Shown here one piece after another: positions 33,011 to 44,500 of a DNA stretch of 64,000 nt (the stretch's first letter is position 1; each line of letters begins with the position of its first letter). A program made the position numbers and the translations under genes. The notes under the pieces are model-generated. The model was not told where the DNA came from and searched no databases. It saw nothing but the letters and a program-made list of their open reading frames with translations. Location of the stretch: NCBI GenBank assembly GCA_963774265.1, contig CAVZDU010000002.1:845552-909551 (forward strand), written 5' to 3'. The DNA is from an uncultured Chloroflexia bacterium. Its GTDB lineage: Bacteria; Chloroflexota; Anaerolineae; CG2-30-64-16.

Positions 33011-34036
33011 ATGCACGCACTGAGATTCGGCGTTGTTCATTTGGTATTGGTCTCCTATTTGGCTGTGACTCTTACCGCTTGTGGCCCAAATCCAGCACCA
33101 TACGTTTCAGCAGAATTGGGGCCTCTTGAGATTGGCCTATCGTTAAATACAAACGGGGAAGTCTCAGTGGTTACAGGCATCTCATCCCCCAAGATACGAG
33201 TTGGCTTGGGACCAGTGAACCTGAGATTCGGCATTGATAACGCTGTTCAATTGACTCGACAGCGCAAGTATATGCTTTTTGTTCTTTGGCAGGACGCAGC
33301 AGGTCAAATATGGCGGGACGAGTATGAAATCGGGCAGAAATTCCGCGTAAGGTTTAACTCCCAGGAACATGTAAGGGAGATTGCCGGAGAAAACGACAGT
33401 GTCATAGTAGTTGTCGAGAAACTCCTGCCGCCAACCGGCCAGTCGACTCTCTCAGTGGCAATCCCTACCCTATCCCAGCAAGCTCCGGTACTATCGCAGC
33501 CGACAGTTCTGCCTGCAACGTCCATCGAGACAATGAATCGACAGCAGTTAGCAGTAGCTTTCGGAATTCCCAAGGATAGAATCGTCCGTGAAAGCCCAAC
33601 GAAATTTCACATCTTTGATTACCCGCTGAAGCCGGAGTATGGACAGGATAGCCAGGGGTACATAGTCAAGAACGGTCAACGTATATCGAGTCTGGCAGAC
33701 AAAGAAATCATGAATTTCGGGCCTCCTGAAGATCCATACAAGTATTACCAAGGGCCTATCAATTGGCGTATTCCGACGAGCGGAGAGGTTGGCTTCTGCA
33801 AAGCAGGAATATGGACAGGCGGAAACAGCGGTGGATGGACAAACACCTTGCGCTATGCTGCCAACGATAATGGCAGCGTGTTCATTGAAGGCGCACCCAG
33901 AGCTTGGATTACTTGTGATGGGAACCCAGCCGGAACTTGGGCTCTTGATGAAGCTATGCGCGCCAAGAACGATCCTGGAGCAGTAGGCGTGTACTACTGG
34001 GACAGCAAGTCCAATCAATGGATTAACGTAAAATAG
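33011..34036 (+). CDS. Putative lipoprotein (cassette-like ORF)
   Basis: Lipobox LTAC, ~341 aa, low GC. Confidence 0.7.
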   Translation: MHALRFGVVHLVLVSYLAVTLTACGPNPAPYVSAELGPLEIGLSLNTNGEVSVVTGISSPKIRVGLGPVNLRFGIDNAVQLTRQRKYMLFVLWQDAAGQIWRDEYEIGQKFRVRFNSQEHVREIAGENDSVIVVVEKLLPPTGQSTLSVAIPTLSQQAPVLSQPTVLPATSIETMNRQQLAVAFGIPKDRIVRESPTKFHIFDYPLKPEYGQDSQGYIVKNGQRISSLADKEIMNFGPPEDPYKYYQGPINWRIPTSGEVGFCKAGIWTGGNSGGWTNTLRYAANDNGSVFIEGAPRAWITCDGNPAGTWALDEAMRAKNDPGAVGVYYWDSKSNQWINVK

Positions 34037-34122
34037 CGATAGTTCTCCACAACGGCAGTAAGGCGCGGTTCGCCTTCATGGGCGGCGCTCGCGTGGGGGG
34101 CGGGGCTGGTTACCAGGGTGGG

Positions 34123-34233
34123 GCCTAACAGTCGCTTCCTGCCGACCGCCGGAGCTCGGCGGTTAACCGCTTTTCGCCGTCAAACTGACGATTCGCGTCC
34201 ACCCGGCGGCGGCTGAACCGCGGGCCATTTGCC
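34123..34233 (+). repeat. attC-like site 3
   Basis: GCCTAAC; TTCCTGCCGACCGCCGG pairs with CCGGCGGCGGCTGAA leaving extrahelical bases; right core degenerate (ATTTGCC). Confidence 0.55.
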
Positions 34234-34608
34234 TATTGGTCCTCCCGGTTGACCTTACCCTCCGCCGCCATTCCCACCCTGCTGTTTGTACTTGTCAAGC
34301 AAAAAGGGGCTCTCCCCCACTTTTCGTGATGCTCAGTAGGGGTAAGTTTCGCTTGACAAATACAGTCGGAGTCGCCGAATTCCAGACTCAGACTCTCGAG
34401 AATACCGAGTCTTGTCCTATATACACCTCCTTTCCCACGACTGAGGATAGCGTGGTTCGATGACGAAACAACGCGGCTCGTAAACCTCGACCAGCATTTG
34501 AGGGATGTCCTCTGCCACGTGAACCTTCGTCTGAAGAATTGCTCGAAACTGGCTGGCTTTGTTGAAGGGGTGCCTAAAAAGCCAATACAACCGGCCGCTT
34601 TGTATACT

Positions 34609-35836
34609 CTACCCTTTAGCCAACGCCTCCGCAACGAGAATAGACGCATCCAGCGCACCCAAATCCACCAGATTTCCATTGGCCTCATGCGTCAACGTGT
34701 AGACCGGCTTGGCCCACCTGATCACCTCACGAGCCAGCGCCTCGGTCCGACCCCCCAGCGCCGCATGAATGAACAAGACGCGCTCCGCCAGCGCGGCGAC
34801 AAACCGGTTGCGAGCCGCCGCCAATTCCGCCGTAATCCGCCGCTCGTCATCGTCGAACGGCGACAGTAGGAGCAACCGGCCGTCTTCGAGTGGCTTCCTG
34901 TACTTCTTCTCCAGCATCTTGGGCATCCCGCGCGCCAGGCAGACGACCAGCGGGCCTGCCCCTGCCAGCATCACATCCAAAAAGGCTTGTTCCACCGGCG
35001 TGTGAAAGCCGCCAACGAGCGCAGCGCTTTTGTCCCGCAATTCATGGGCGAGATCTTGCGCCTGCATGATGAGGACCCCAGGGCAGCGCATCGAGCAGAA
35101 GACCGCCGACAGGGGGCGGTCAAGCAAGCTCGCGTTGCCCAGCGCCGTGATAACTGCGGGAGCCTCCGTGCCGAGGGCGGCACGCACTCGCGCAGGGTAG
35201 CGAGAATCGGAACAAGGCAGGCGGATGAGAGGCGTTTTCTTCGTGATCTTGAATTCGAACGGATCCAACTCGTGAAGATAGTCGAAATGCTTCTCGAAAT
35301 TGCGCACGCGTCTCCTCGTTGGCCGGATCGCGCAACTCGGCGACATAGCGCCGTAAATGTTCCTTCAACTCGGGCACCAGTCGGTGCGGGTTGATCAAGA
35401 TGACGCCGCCCGGTGAGAGCGCTACCGAATCCGAGTAGTCACCGCTGATGATGATTCGCTGCTGTGCCATTCCGCTGTGATAGAAGCCGCAGCGACCGGA
35501 AGTGTAGAGGATGGACGCAATGTCGTCGTGGAGCCTGGGGGGCATAGTGGTCAGGCTAGGAAAGACGTCCTCTAACCCTATCCTGAAGCGATCTTGGGAC
35601 TTTTCGGAATCCTCGGCGGCGACTCTGCATTTCCCGATAAGCTCAAAGTAGCTGAAGACGATCATCAGCACAGCCCATCCACTGTGGCGCATCGCCGGCT
35701 GGCCCCCATTGATGCAGGCATCAGCGATATCGAGCTGCCAGCCAGAGACCCGTTCTTCAAAGATGAGGATCTTGTCATCCAGGCATAATGGCCACTTGAA
35801 GTCCGAGTCTTGATGAAAAGGCGTGATCCACGTCAT
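34609..35836 (-). CDS. HEPN-like (RCGFYH) domain followed by a DprA/Smf-like SLOG domain, probably one gene with a single frameshift near 35305
   Basis: 35836 ORF carries LYTSGRCGFYHSG (Rx4H); 34609 ORF carries GN..LL, FCS..CPG, GGFHTPVE, RNRFVAALA (DprA-like); removing one base joins them in frame. Confidence 0.65.
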
Positions 35837-35847
35837 GAGGCTTCCTC

Positions 35848-35931
35848 CTCATCCTTCCCCATCCGATACTCGATGTTGTAGTTGATGATGAAACCCAGTC
35901 TTTTATCGGAGAAGTCGTACCAGCGGGCGAG
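35848..35931 (-). repeat. Relic copy of the MTase 3' end (LARWYDFSDKRLGFIINYNIEYRMG)
   Basis: About 80 bp homologous to 37973-38053 (LARHYGFTDEELDFIINYDIKYRMG). Confidence 0.8.
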
Positions 35932-35986
35932 CTTCGATTGATCCATAGCAGGCCGCGATACGGGGCGTTGCATCACCTCACTCGAT

Positions 35987-37810
35987 TCATGCTCCGTCAG
36001 GTTCGTCTTCCACTTCCTCAACGAAGGTCTCCTGCGGTGAGCTCACACCAACGACAGGTTTGCCCATGGCGTTCTCAATACGGCGCAACAGCTCGGCCTC
36101 ACGCATGCGGAAGAACTCGTAGAACTCATCCAACCGTGCGGCAAGCGGATAGATATTGTGGGATTCGAGGATTTCATCCATCCTCTGCTCCCCAATGCCA
36201 GCCTGCTGCTGCAACAGTGTCAGATAGGCGCTGGGTCCCTTGTTGCCGACGGTGCGGTTGGTCCTGGCGGAGAGCGGCGTCTTGTTCACGATAGAGTCGT
36301 AATACTTGGGCTCAATGCCTTGTTTGACACACCAGTCTTTAGGGAAGATGTGATGAATGTCGACGCTTTCATCAAAATACAGCTGGGATTCAATCGGGTC
36401 ACCGGAGCGGAAGTCCAACGCACCATCACGTAAGAGCAGGGCATGGACTCCCTTGTAGGCCGCACTATTACGCGTACGTAACGTGAGCAAACGTGACGGA
36501 AAGAAGTTCGCATCGCGAATGGTTGTCGATTCTGGGCCAGTGTCCACCCAGGCAAGCACTTCAGGCAAGTCCCGCGCGAAGCGACTCTCCACCGCACTGC
36601 CATACAACTCGCCAAACACACCGCACCAGTACCATTGAAGCAGTTTTGTGCGGACACCATCGTGCTCGCACCGTTCACCCAGCATCGCCATGATGGCGGC
36701 TAATGGCGCCAATTGCGTGCTGTAGGGCAGATCACGTGCATCGAAAAGCTTCTGGCCGCGCAGCAACTTCGCAGCACGGATGAAACCCTCCGTCGCCGGA
36801 TCTACCCAACGCTGATACTCTGGCAACGTCAGGCCAAGTATGTCTTTGCGCTTGCACCCGATACCAGGTGCGTTCTCGGGCTGAACACCTTCAGCTATCT
36901 TGGCACCGCGCCGTTCAGCGGTCGCCAGCAGTGCGGTGGTCTGGAGCAGTTCACCGGTTTGGACATTCTTCAGAACTTTATACGCGTGTAATCGGACGTG
37001 GCGAGTGTTCCAATCGTCGCGCAAATTGTAATCGTCGGCAGCGAACGTGGCGGTCATCAGCTCAAACACGGTTAACGAGACGCCCCCCGTGTTCACCTTC
37101 TCAAACACCTGGCAAACCGCATCTTTGGGAGTCGGCCGACGCAGCAGGATCAATGGCATCTGATATTGCTCAAATCGCTTGATCACCATTTCCTCGAACC
37201 GGTCGAATAGCTCCGACTTGGCGCTATCATGCTGCCAGAAGCGATTGAAGCCGCGCCGCCATTCGGCTGAACTGAACACCCGGTTCAGCGGGAATAGACC
37301 GGTTTCGTATTCGCGTTCGGGGGTCGAAAAATCAGCGGTGACCTCATTGCGGAAGTTGCGCACTAACCGATCATCCGGCAGCGACACAACGGCTTCGTCG
37401 CGATCGCCGTTGGCGTTGAGCGCCTTCGCCATATCGATATAGTACCAGCGCTTGATCTGCTTCTTGCGCGCGTCTTGCGTTTCTACCGGTCCGCCATACA
37501 GCGTGGCCAGATAGAGAGAAGTGAGCCGCTGCTGACCATCGAGGATGAGGCGTTCCGGCCTGAGACCATTCGCCACTACACCCTCCACCAGGCGGGGTTT
37601 GAATCGCACTTCCTCGCCACCCGTTTCCAACATCATCACGGTCCCAACGGGATAGGACAGTGACAGGCTCGCCAGGAGACTGCGAATGTGGTCGTCATCC
37701 CATACCCAGCCACGTTGAAAGTCGGGTAACTGCGTCTTGCTGTCAGCAATGCTGCGCAACATATCGAGGAGGGATTCTTTGGTGCTATCGAAGGTAGTGA
37801 ATGCAGTCAT
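35987..37810 (-). CDS. GmrSD-like type IV restriction protein (DUF262 plus C-terminal HNH/DUF1524-like)
   Basis: QLPDFQRGWVW, LDGQQRLTSL, FEKVNTGG, DIHHIFPK...N.TPLSARTN. Confidence 0.85.
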   Translation of the reverse strand: MTAFTTFDSTKESLLDMLRSIADSKTQLPDFQRGWVWDDDHIRSLLASLSLSYPVGTVMMLETGGEEVRFKPRLVEGVVANGLRPERLILDGQQRLTSLYLATLYGGPVETQDARKKQIKRWYYIDMAKALNANGDRDEAVVSLPDDRLVRNFRNEVTADFSTPEREYETGLFPLNRVFSSAEWRRGFNRFWQHDSAKSELFDRFEEMVIKRFEQYQMPLILLRRPTPKDAVCQVFEKVNTGGVSLTVFELMTATFAADDYNLRDDWNTRHVRLHAYKVLKNVQTGELLQTTALLATAERRGAKIAEGVQPENAPGIGCKRKDILGLTLPEYQRWVDPATEGFIRAAKLLRGQKLFDARDLPYSTQLAPLAAIMAMLGERCEHDGVRTKLLQWYWCGVFGELYGSAVESRFARDLPEVLAWVDTGPESTTIRDANFFPSRLLTLRTRNSAAYKGVHALLLRDGALDFRSGDPIESQLYFDESVDIHHIFPKDWCVKQGIEPKYYDSIVNKTPLSARTNRTVGNKGPSAYLTLLQQQAGIGEQRMDEILESHNIYPLAARLDEFYEFFRMREAELLRRIENAMGKPVVGVSSPQETFVEEVEDEPDGA

Positions 37811-37859
37811 GGCACGGTCCCTTTTGTTTCGGTGCCCTTGTCAATGTTGACAAGACCAT

Positions 37860-37891
37860 CATCCGGTACTTGATGTCATAGTTGATGATGA
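37860..37891 (-). repeat. Short relic of the MTase 3' end (IINYDIKYRM)
   Basis: CATCCGGTACTTGATGTCATAGTTGATGATGA matches 37982-38013 with 2 mismatches. Confidence 0.8.
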
Positions 37892-37945
37892 GCAGCGGCT
37901 ACCACGCGACATGTTAGAGATGGCGGACATGGGTTGTTCACCTGC

Positions 37946-40900
37946 CTATTCGGTTTCATCCGTTGCCTCCAACTCATCCCCCATCCGATACTTGATGTCG
38001 TAGTTGATGATGAAGTCCAGTTCCTCGTCGGTGAAGCCGTAGTGGCGGGCGAGGACGCGGTCGATCTCATCGATGATGGGCTTGCTGCGCTTCGGGATGA
38101 TTGACTGAACCGTCAGAGTATCGTGGGCGAACCGCATGACTCGTTCTTGGGAATTGTGTTGGAGGTCGCCCATCAGTATCTGGGCAAGCTCCTGCAACCG
38201 CTGGCCGAGATTTGCGGCGGTGAGTCTGTCCAAGTCAACAAGGAAGTTGTCAACCTCGCGCTTGTTGACGTGGCGGCAGTCGGAAAGTGTCGTAACGAAC
38301 CAATAGAAGAGGCTGGAATTCAAGCAGCATAGCGTGGCCTTTGCGTGAGCTTCGGAGCCAAAGCTTAATTCCTTGAACTCAGTTGGCGGGCGCAATCTGC
38401 CCTGACCATCGAGAACTCGGGGCTGGAAGTCCAGGACTTGGAGGAAGTAACCGACTTTCCGAGAGTAGTAGATCTGATGCTGAGCGGTTGCGGCATAGAA
38501 GGACGCTAGACGACGGCGGTCCAGCGATAACTTGTGGCCGATACTTTCTTCCAAATCCGACGATAGCTTGGGTAAGCTACCCGAGATTAGCGATTGCTCT
38601 GCAGGAGCGTACGTCAATCTGTGGAACAGATTGGGTCTTTCTGCCGAAGTCCACTTGTTGTAGCGCGTGGAGTGTCTCTGTGCCCCGACCCCTTCGACGC
38701 CAATGAGGTGGATAGTCAACCGAATGTGTTCTAGTCCGTCAAAGAGACGGGAGGGGCGGTCATCAAAAGCGCTGTAGTGCAACTCCCTCAACATTAGGAG
38801 CCTCTGCAGACTCCCGTAGCGATCTGTGGATACTGACGAAACAGGCACGATAAATCCTTGACGGCCAGACCGCGAACACAATGCAAAGCTTCTCTCAAGA
38901 ACGAGGGCATAGAGGTTGCCTGCATCAAGACATGTATAGCCGCGAGTTGCGTACTCATTCAGCGCCGCAAGTTCCACATACGGCGGATTCCCGATCACTA
39001 CATCAAACCCACCGCGCCGCATGATCCCATAGAACTCCACAAACCAATGGAACGGCCGGTGCGATGCCAGCCAGTCCTTGTAGCCTTCGGCTTCGCCTCA
39101 GTCCATGCCATACTCGCGTGCGAGCGCCCGATTCAGCTCGTCATCCAGCGCGTCCAGCCGGCGACGCAGCTCGGCCTTGTCTTCGGTCGTCACCTGGCCG
39201 CCCAGCTCCGTCTGCTGCTGGCGGAACAGGCCGAACAGCCGCTCCACATCGGCGGCCCGCTCCTCGAACCGCTGGAGCGCGGTGGACTCCTCCTCAAACA
39301 TCAGCTTCATTCGCCCATCGGTGGCAGTGGTCAGCGCGCGCTGCACGTCTTCCCGTGTGGCGTAGCCCACCAGGGTGTTGCCGGCGCGGATGTTGAAGTC
39401 GATGTCGGGCAGCGGCTCGATCGTCCTCGACGCGCTCCACCTGCGCCACCAGCTTCAGGAAGAGGCGCAGCTTGCAGATTTCCACCGCCTCTTCCATGAT
39501 GTCCACGCCGTAGAGGTTGTTGACGATGATGGACTTGAGGATGAAGTAGCGGCGGTTGGGGTGCTGGCGCGACGCGCGCCAGCACCTTGCGGAAGTCGCT
39601 GAACTTCTCCGGGCCGGTGCGGCTCGCCGGAGCGCTCCAGGTCGTCCACGAACGCCTCCATGCGCTCCAGGCAGGCCTCGTAGAGCGGCTCCAGGATGTT
39701 GAGCGCGGCGAACAGGAACGCGCCCGAGCCGCAGGTGGGATCGAGGACCGTGATCGCCTCGATGGCCTGCCAGAAGGCGCGCAGCAGCTCCGGCCCTTCG
39801 CAGCTCTCGATCACATCCTGGGCGAACTGGCGGATGTCCAGGTTGTAGGTGATGAGGTCGTTGACGTGCGCGGACCTCGCCGGCCGCCAGCTTGGCCTCG
39901 CACTTCCTCGTACCGCTGGCGGCGGGCCACGACCTCGCGCCAGATCTCGGTGGGCAGGGCGTACTCGGCCGGCGCAGGCCGGTTCCACTCCGTCGCGCTT
40001 CGGCCACGTCGTCCACCCCGGCGGCGATCTCGGCGGGCAGCGGCAGCGTCGACGCCGTGGCGCACCGCCGCGTAGATGTAGCGGTCGGGATCGTCGCGCA
40101 GCAGCCGCCAGACGGCTGCCGTCGCCCTCGAAGGCGATGCCGGCAGCTCCGTTGCGCGCCGCGTCGAACAGGAAGGGGATGATCGTGTTCTTGCTGATGT
40201 ACTCGGTGATGTCCTCCTTGGTGTAGTAGGCCCCCATCTGCTTCTGGTTGATGTACTTCTCGAAGATGTAGCCCAGCACGTCGGGGTTGATCTCGTTGTC
40301 GGCGCGCAGCGGGCGCTCGTCCAGGTGCCAGTGGTACGCGTCGAAGAAGTCGAAGAGCCGCTCGAAGGCGGCATCGGGGATCTGGATGGTCTGCGCCGTA
40401 GGCGCTTCTCGATCTGGTGGCGCTCGAAGATGCCGCCGTTCAGGTAGGGCACCTGGCCCAGCAGCGGCTCGGTCTGCGGCCGAGCGCTCGCTCCGGCCGC
40501 CTGGCAAAGCCCTCGAAGAACAGCGGGCAGAGGAAGTCGCGCGTAGAAGCGGTCCGCGCCGCGGCCGCCTGGCTGGCCGCCAGCCGGGTCCGCAGGTAGT
40601 CGGGATCGCCGTCCAGGAAGCCCTTCTTCTGGATGAAGTAGATGAACATCAGCCGGTTGAGCATCACCGAGGCGTACCAGCGCTGCAGCTGCTTCGTCGG
40701 GGATGCCGCTGCAGGAACTTGAGGAAGGCGGCGTGCTCGGCCTTGAACCGCTCGTAGAAGCGCTTGGTGACCCGCTCCACATCGAAGCCCGCGCTGCACC
40801 CGTCCCGCCACATCCACGATGGTGCAGGCTGTTCCTTCTTCCTCCAGGCTGAAGGCGATCGCCTGCAGCTTCTGGATCAGCGCCTCGCCGGTCTGGCCGC

Positions 40901-41264
40901 GGTAGAAGGTCTGCTCGCGGGCCGCGGTCGGCTTGCCCGGTCTCGCGCTTCACCCACTGCCAGACCTGCTGTGTGCTGGCCGCGTCGGTGTAGATGATCA
41001 GGTGCTCGTTGACCGACTTCGCCACCTGCGTCTCGATCTTGCGCGCGCAGGGGATAAGGTGGGATGCGGCCATCGGGCGCTGGGGCGCAGCGAAACGCGA
41101 CCAGGCCGCGCTTGTGCGCGATGGCCTGCAAGTGGAAGTCCTGGCCGTCGACGGGCATCGACCAGTTCCTGGCGGTGCTGGTCCCAGCCCAGCTCCTCGA
41201 TGAAGAGGGTGTGGAGGTCGAAGTCCTTCAGGTAACGACGAGCGCGAGCAACGTCAAGCAGCAT
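37946..41264 (-). CDS. Eco57I-like N6-adenine DNA methyltransferase with C-terminal TRD (frameshifted)
   Basis: LGYIFEKY, GAYYT, VLDPTCGSGAFL (motif I), LYGVDI, GNPPY (motif IV), distributed over successive frames. Confidence 0.88.
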
Positions 41265-41282
41265 GGTTTTCCTTCCGACGTG

Positions 41283-41497
41283 CTAGTGACCCTTTGCCAA
41301 CATACCAAAGTGCTTAAGCGCGGCTGTGATGTCAGCTTGCTTGCCGGGGGGGCATGGATACGCTCTAGTTCCCCCTCGATTCGGAGCCGGCTTGATGGGG
41401 AGCCGTTTAACTCTTTGACATGGGCGATCCAGCAGGTCTTGGGGACATAGCCGTATTGCTCACTGACGTACTCTCGGATTTGACGGTAGGTAGCCAT
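41283..41497 (-). CDS. Small protein ATYRQIREYV..YG..KTCWIAHVK...AALKHFGML (one frameshift)
   Basis: GGAGG RBS; resembles the small C-terminal domain of some RumA/TrmA-type RNA methyltransferases (recalled, not searched). Confidence 0.55.
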
Positions 41498-41505
41498 ATT
41501 CCTCC

Positions 41506-44500
41506 TTAATTGGGCAACAAGCCCAGCGAGCAGATGATCTGCGGCTCCTGGGCCTGGCGCTCATCTTCGACCAGGCACAGGCGGTCCTCTTCGCGCAACG
41601 CCACGACCAGCTCGGCCAGGTCTTCATCGCTGATGCCGGCGCGCAGCTGGCGGTTCAGCGTGTCGGTGGCCGCCTGGCGCAGCGGGTAGCGGTAGATGTC
41701 GTCAATCGCCTTGAGCAGCTCAGGCGTGTCGAAGAGCGTGCCCTTGATCCGTTCCGCGTACCCCTTGAGCCGCGTGAAGGTGCGGAAGCGCGCACCGGAC
41801 GGCCGGCCCAACTGCCCGCCCACCGACCGCTCTTCCGCGACGATCAGCTCGACGCCGCGCTTCACCAGGTCATGGTGGGCTTCATCGCGCGGCAGGGCCG
41901 GCGTGTCGGGCGCACACTCGGCCGCCTGCAGGATGGCGAACTGCGACTCGGTGACGCTGCCCCCGTTCCGATCCACCCAGACCAGGGCGTCGTTGCCCTC
42001 GCCCGTGCGCATGTAGACCAGCACTCCGGCGGGCGCGTTCGGGGCGGCGATATGCGGCTCGTGCCGAGTAGACGACCGGCGGCAGCGCCGGGATGACCCG
42101 CTGGAGGCTGGGATCGGCCGCGATCGCGTTCTTCCAGATCTGGTAGGCATAGGAGGCCAGGTCCACCTCGCCCTCGTCATCGCCGTCCAGGATGCCGGCC
42201 TTCTCGTTGTAGAGGTCGACGACGGCCTGATCGTTGCGGTCATCCTCGAAGAACGCCTCGTCCGTGCCGACGACCTCGGCGTTCTCGGTCAGCCGCTGCC
42301 GCACGCGGGCGCGCAGCCGGATGATGCGCTCCACGCCATCGGCCGGCAGGAACGAGTAGCAGAGGATCGTCTCGGCCCGCTGCCCGATGCGGTCCACGCG
42401 GCCGGCGCGCTGGATCAGCCGGATGATCGCCCACGGCAGGTCGTAGTTGACCACGATCCAGGCGTCCTGCAGGTTCTGGCCTTCGCTCAGGACATCGGTG
42501 GCGACCAGCACCCGCAGCTCGTCGGCGGGCCGCACCTGGTCGCGCTTCTCGTTGCTCACGGGGCTGAAGCGCCAGGCCGCGCCGGTGGGGTCCGGCGAGT
42601 CGCCGGTGACGCCCGCCAGCGCGGTCACGCCCGCGGCCGTGCAGCTGCGCCTCCAGATAACGCACCGTGTCGGCGAACTGCGTGAAGACCAGGACCTTGT
42701 CGTCGGGGTGGTCCACCGTGAGCAGCTTGTGCAGGGCGTTCAGCTTGGCATCGCGGGCCGGGTCCCAGTCGCCGCACGCGCACTGCTGCATCACATCCAG
42801 CAGGGCTCTGGCGTCGGCCGCCAGGTCTCGCTTCAGGTGTGCGTTGAACAGGTCGGGGCGCAGCCACTTGAAGCGGCGCTTGTAGAGGGCTGGCGTACTC
42901 GTCGTAGACCTGAGCGGCGCGGCTGCGGAACTCCGCCTCGGTGCGCAGACTGCGGCCGTCTCGATGTCGGAGCTGGTGCCTTCTTCCTCGCCCTCGTCGT
43001 CGAAGGCATCCATCACGTCGCCGATGTCCTCGTCCTCATCGTGGACGCGGCTATCCAGCAGCGCCGCGTCCTGCGTGCCGATGGGCAGCGGCAGGCCGTT
43101 CTCGATGGCGTGCAGGAAGACGTAGTTGCGCAGGATGTGGCGCTCGACCGACTGGATGAAGGCCTGCCCGCTGCTCTCCAGCCGCTTGAACAGGTTGGTG
43201 CGGCAGAAGCCCATCAGCCGCTTGCCCGCGCGGGACAGGTCGTCCAACTGCTTGCTTCTCGGCCGGCGTCGGCGGCGTGCTGGGCCGGGTCGCCGACGTA
43301 GTTGCCCAGGCCGTAGCGCGGCAGGCGCAGGCCGTTGATCGTGTCCACCACGAGCGGGGCATACAGCCGGGCGTACTGGTCGTTCGGATCGTCGTCCGCA
43401 ATGGCGAACTTGACCGTCTTCGGCTCGCGGTCGGGGAAGTACGACCGCGTGCCGTCCTCGAACGTCAGGTACTTGCGCCCCGTGTCCGGGTCGGTCTGCG
43501 CGTAGTTGTCCTGGATGAAGCTGCGCGTGCGCCGCACCATGTACAGGCGCATCAGCTCGCGCCAGTCGTCGGGATAGTCGCTCTTCTCGAAGGCGGCCAG
43601 CGAGCGGGGCGAACACTGGTGCCGGCGGATGAACTCCGTCTCGCCGATCTCGCGCAGCAGCCGCTCCGGCCGGATGCCCAGGTTCTTGTCTTCGGGCACG
43701 AACAGGCGCAGCTGGCTGGAGAGGTCGAGGTAGGTCTTGTTGTAGGGCGTGGCCGACAGCAGGATGCAGCTGCTCTCGTTCTTCTGGATGTACTCCTGGA
43801 TGGCCCGGTAGCGCTTGCCCTCGCGGTTGCGCAGGTTGTGGCTTTCGTCGATGACCACCAGCCGGTAGCGGCGCAGGTCGGGCAGCTCCTGCAGCACCCG
43901 GCTGATCGAGAGCACCCTGGCGCGCAGGCGGTACTGATCGCGATAGTCCTCCCACATCTTGACCAGGTTCTTCGGGCAGATGATCAGCGTCTCCAGGCCG
44001 TAGTCATCCTCGAAGATGCGCGCCAGCGCCGTCGCCATCAGCGTCTTGCCCAGGCCGACCACGTCGCCGATCAGCACGCCGCCGCGCTTGTTCAGGTGAT
44101 GCGCCGCGATCTTGACCGCCGCGGTCTGGAACTCGAACAGCCGGTTGCCGAAGTCGGCTGGGATGCGGAACTCGGACAGCCCGGCGCGCGCTTCCTGCGA
44201 CAGGTGGTAGGCCATCTTGAGGTAGATGTGGTACGGCGGAATCAGCTCCTCCCGCGCCCAGCTCTCCTCGATGATCTGCACCAGCTCATCGGAGATGTCC
44301 ACGCACCAGCGGTCGTTCCAGCGATCCTCGAACCACTGGCGAGCTTGTGGCCGGCGTCGGGATCGAGCACATCGACGTTCAGTTCGCCCTGCTTGGAGAG
44401 GCCGGCCAGGGTCAGGTTGCTGCTGCCGAGGTAGCCGATGATCGGATTGATGGGATCGGGGCGATAGAGCAGGTAGAGCTTGGCGTGGAGGGAGTGGCGC

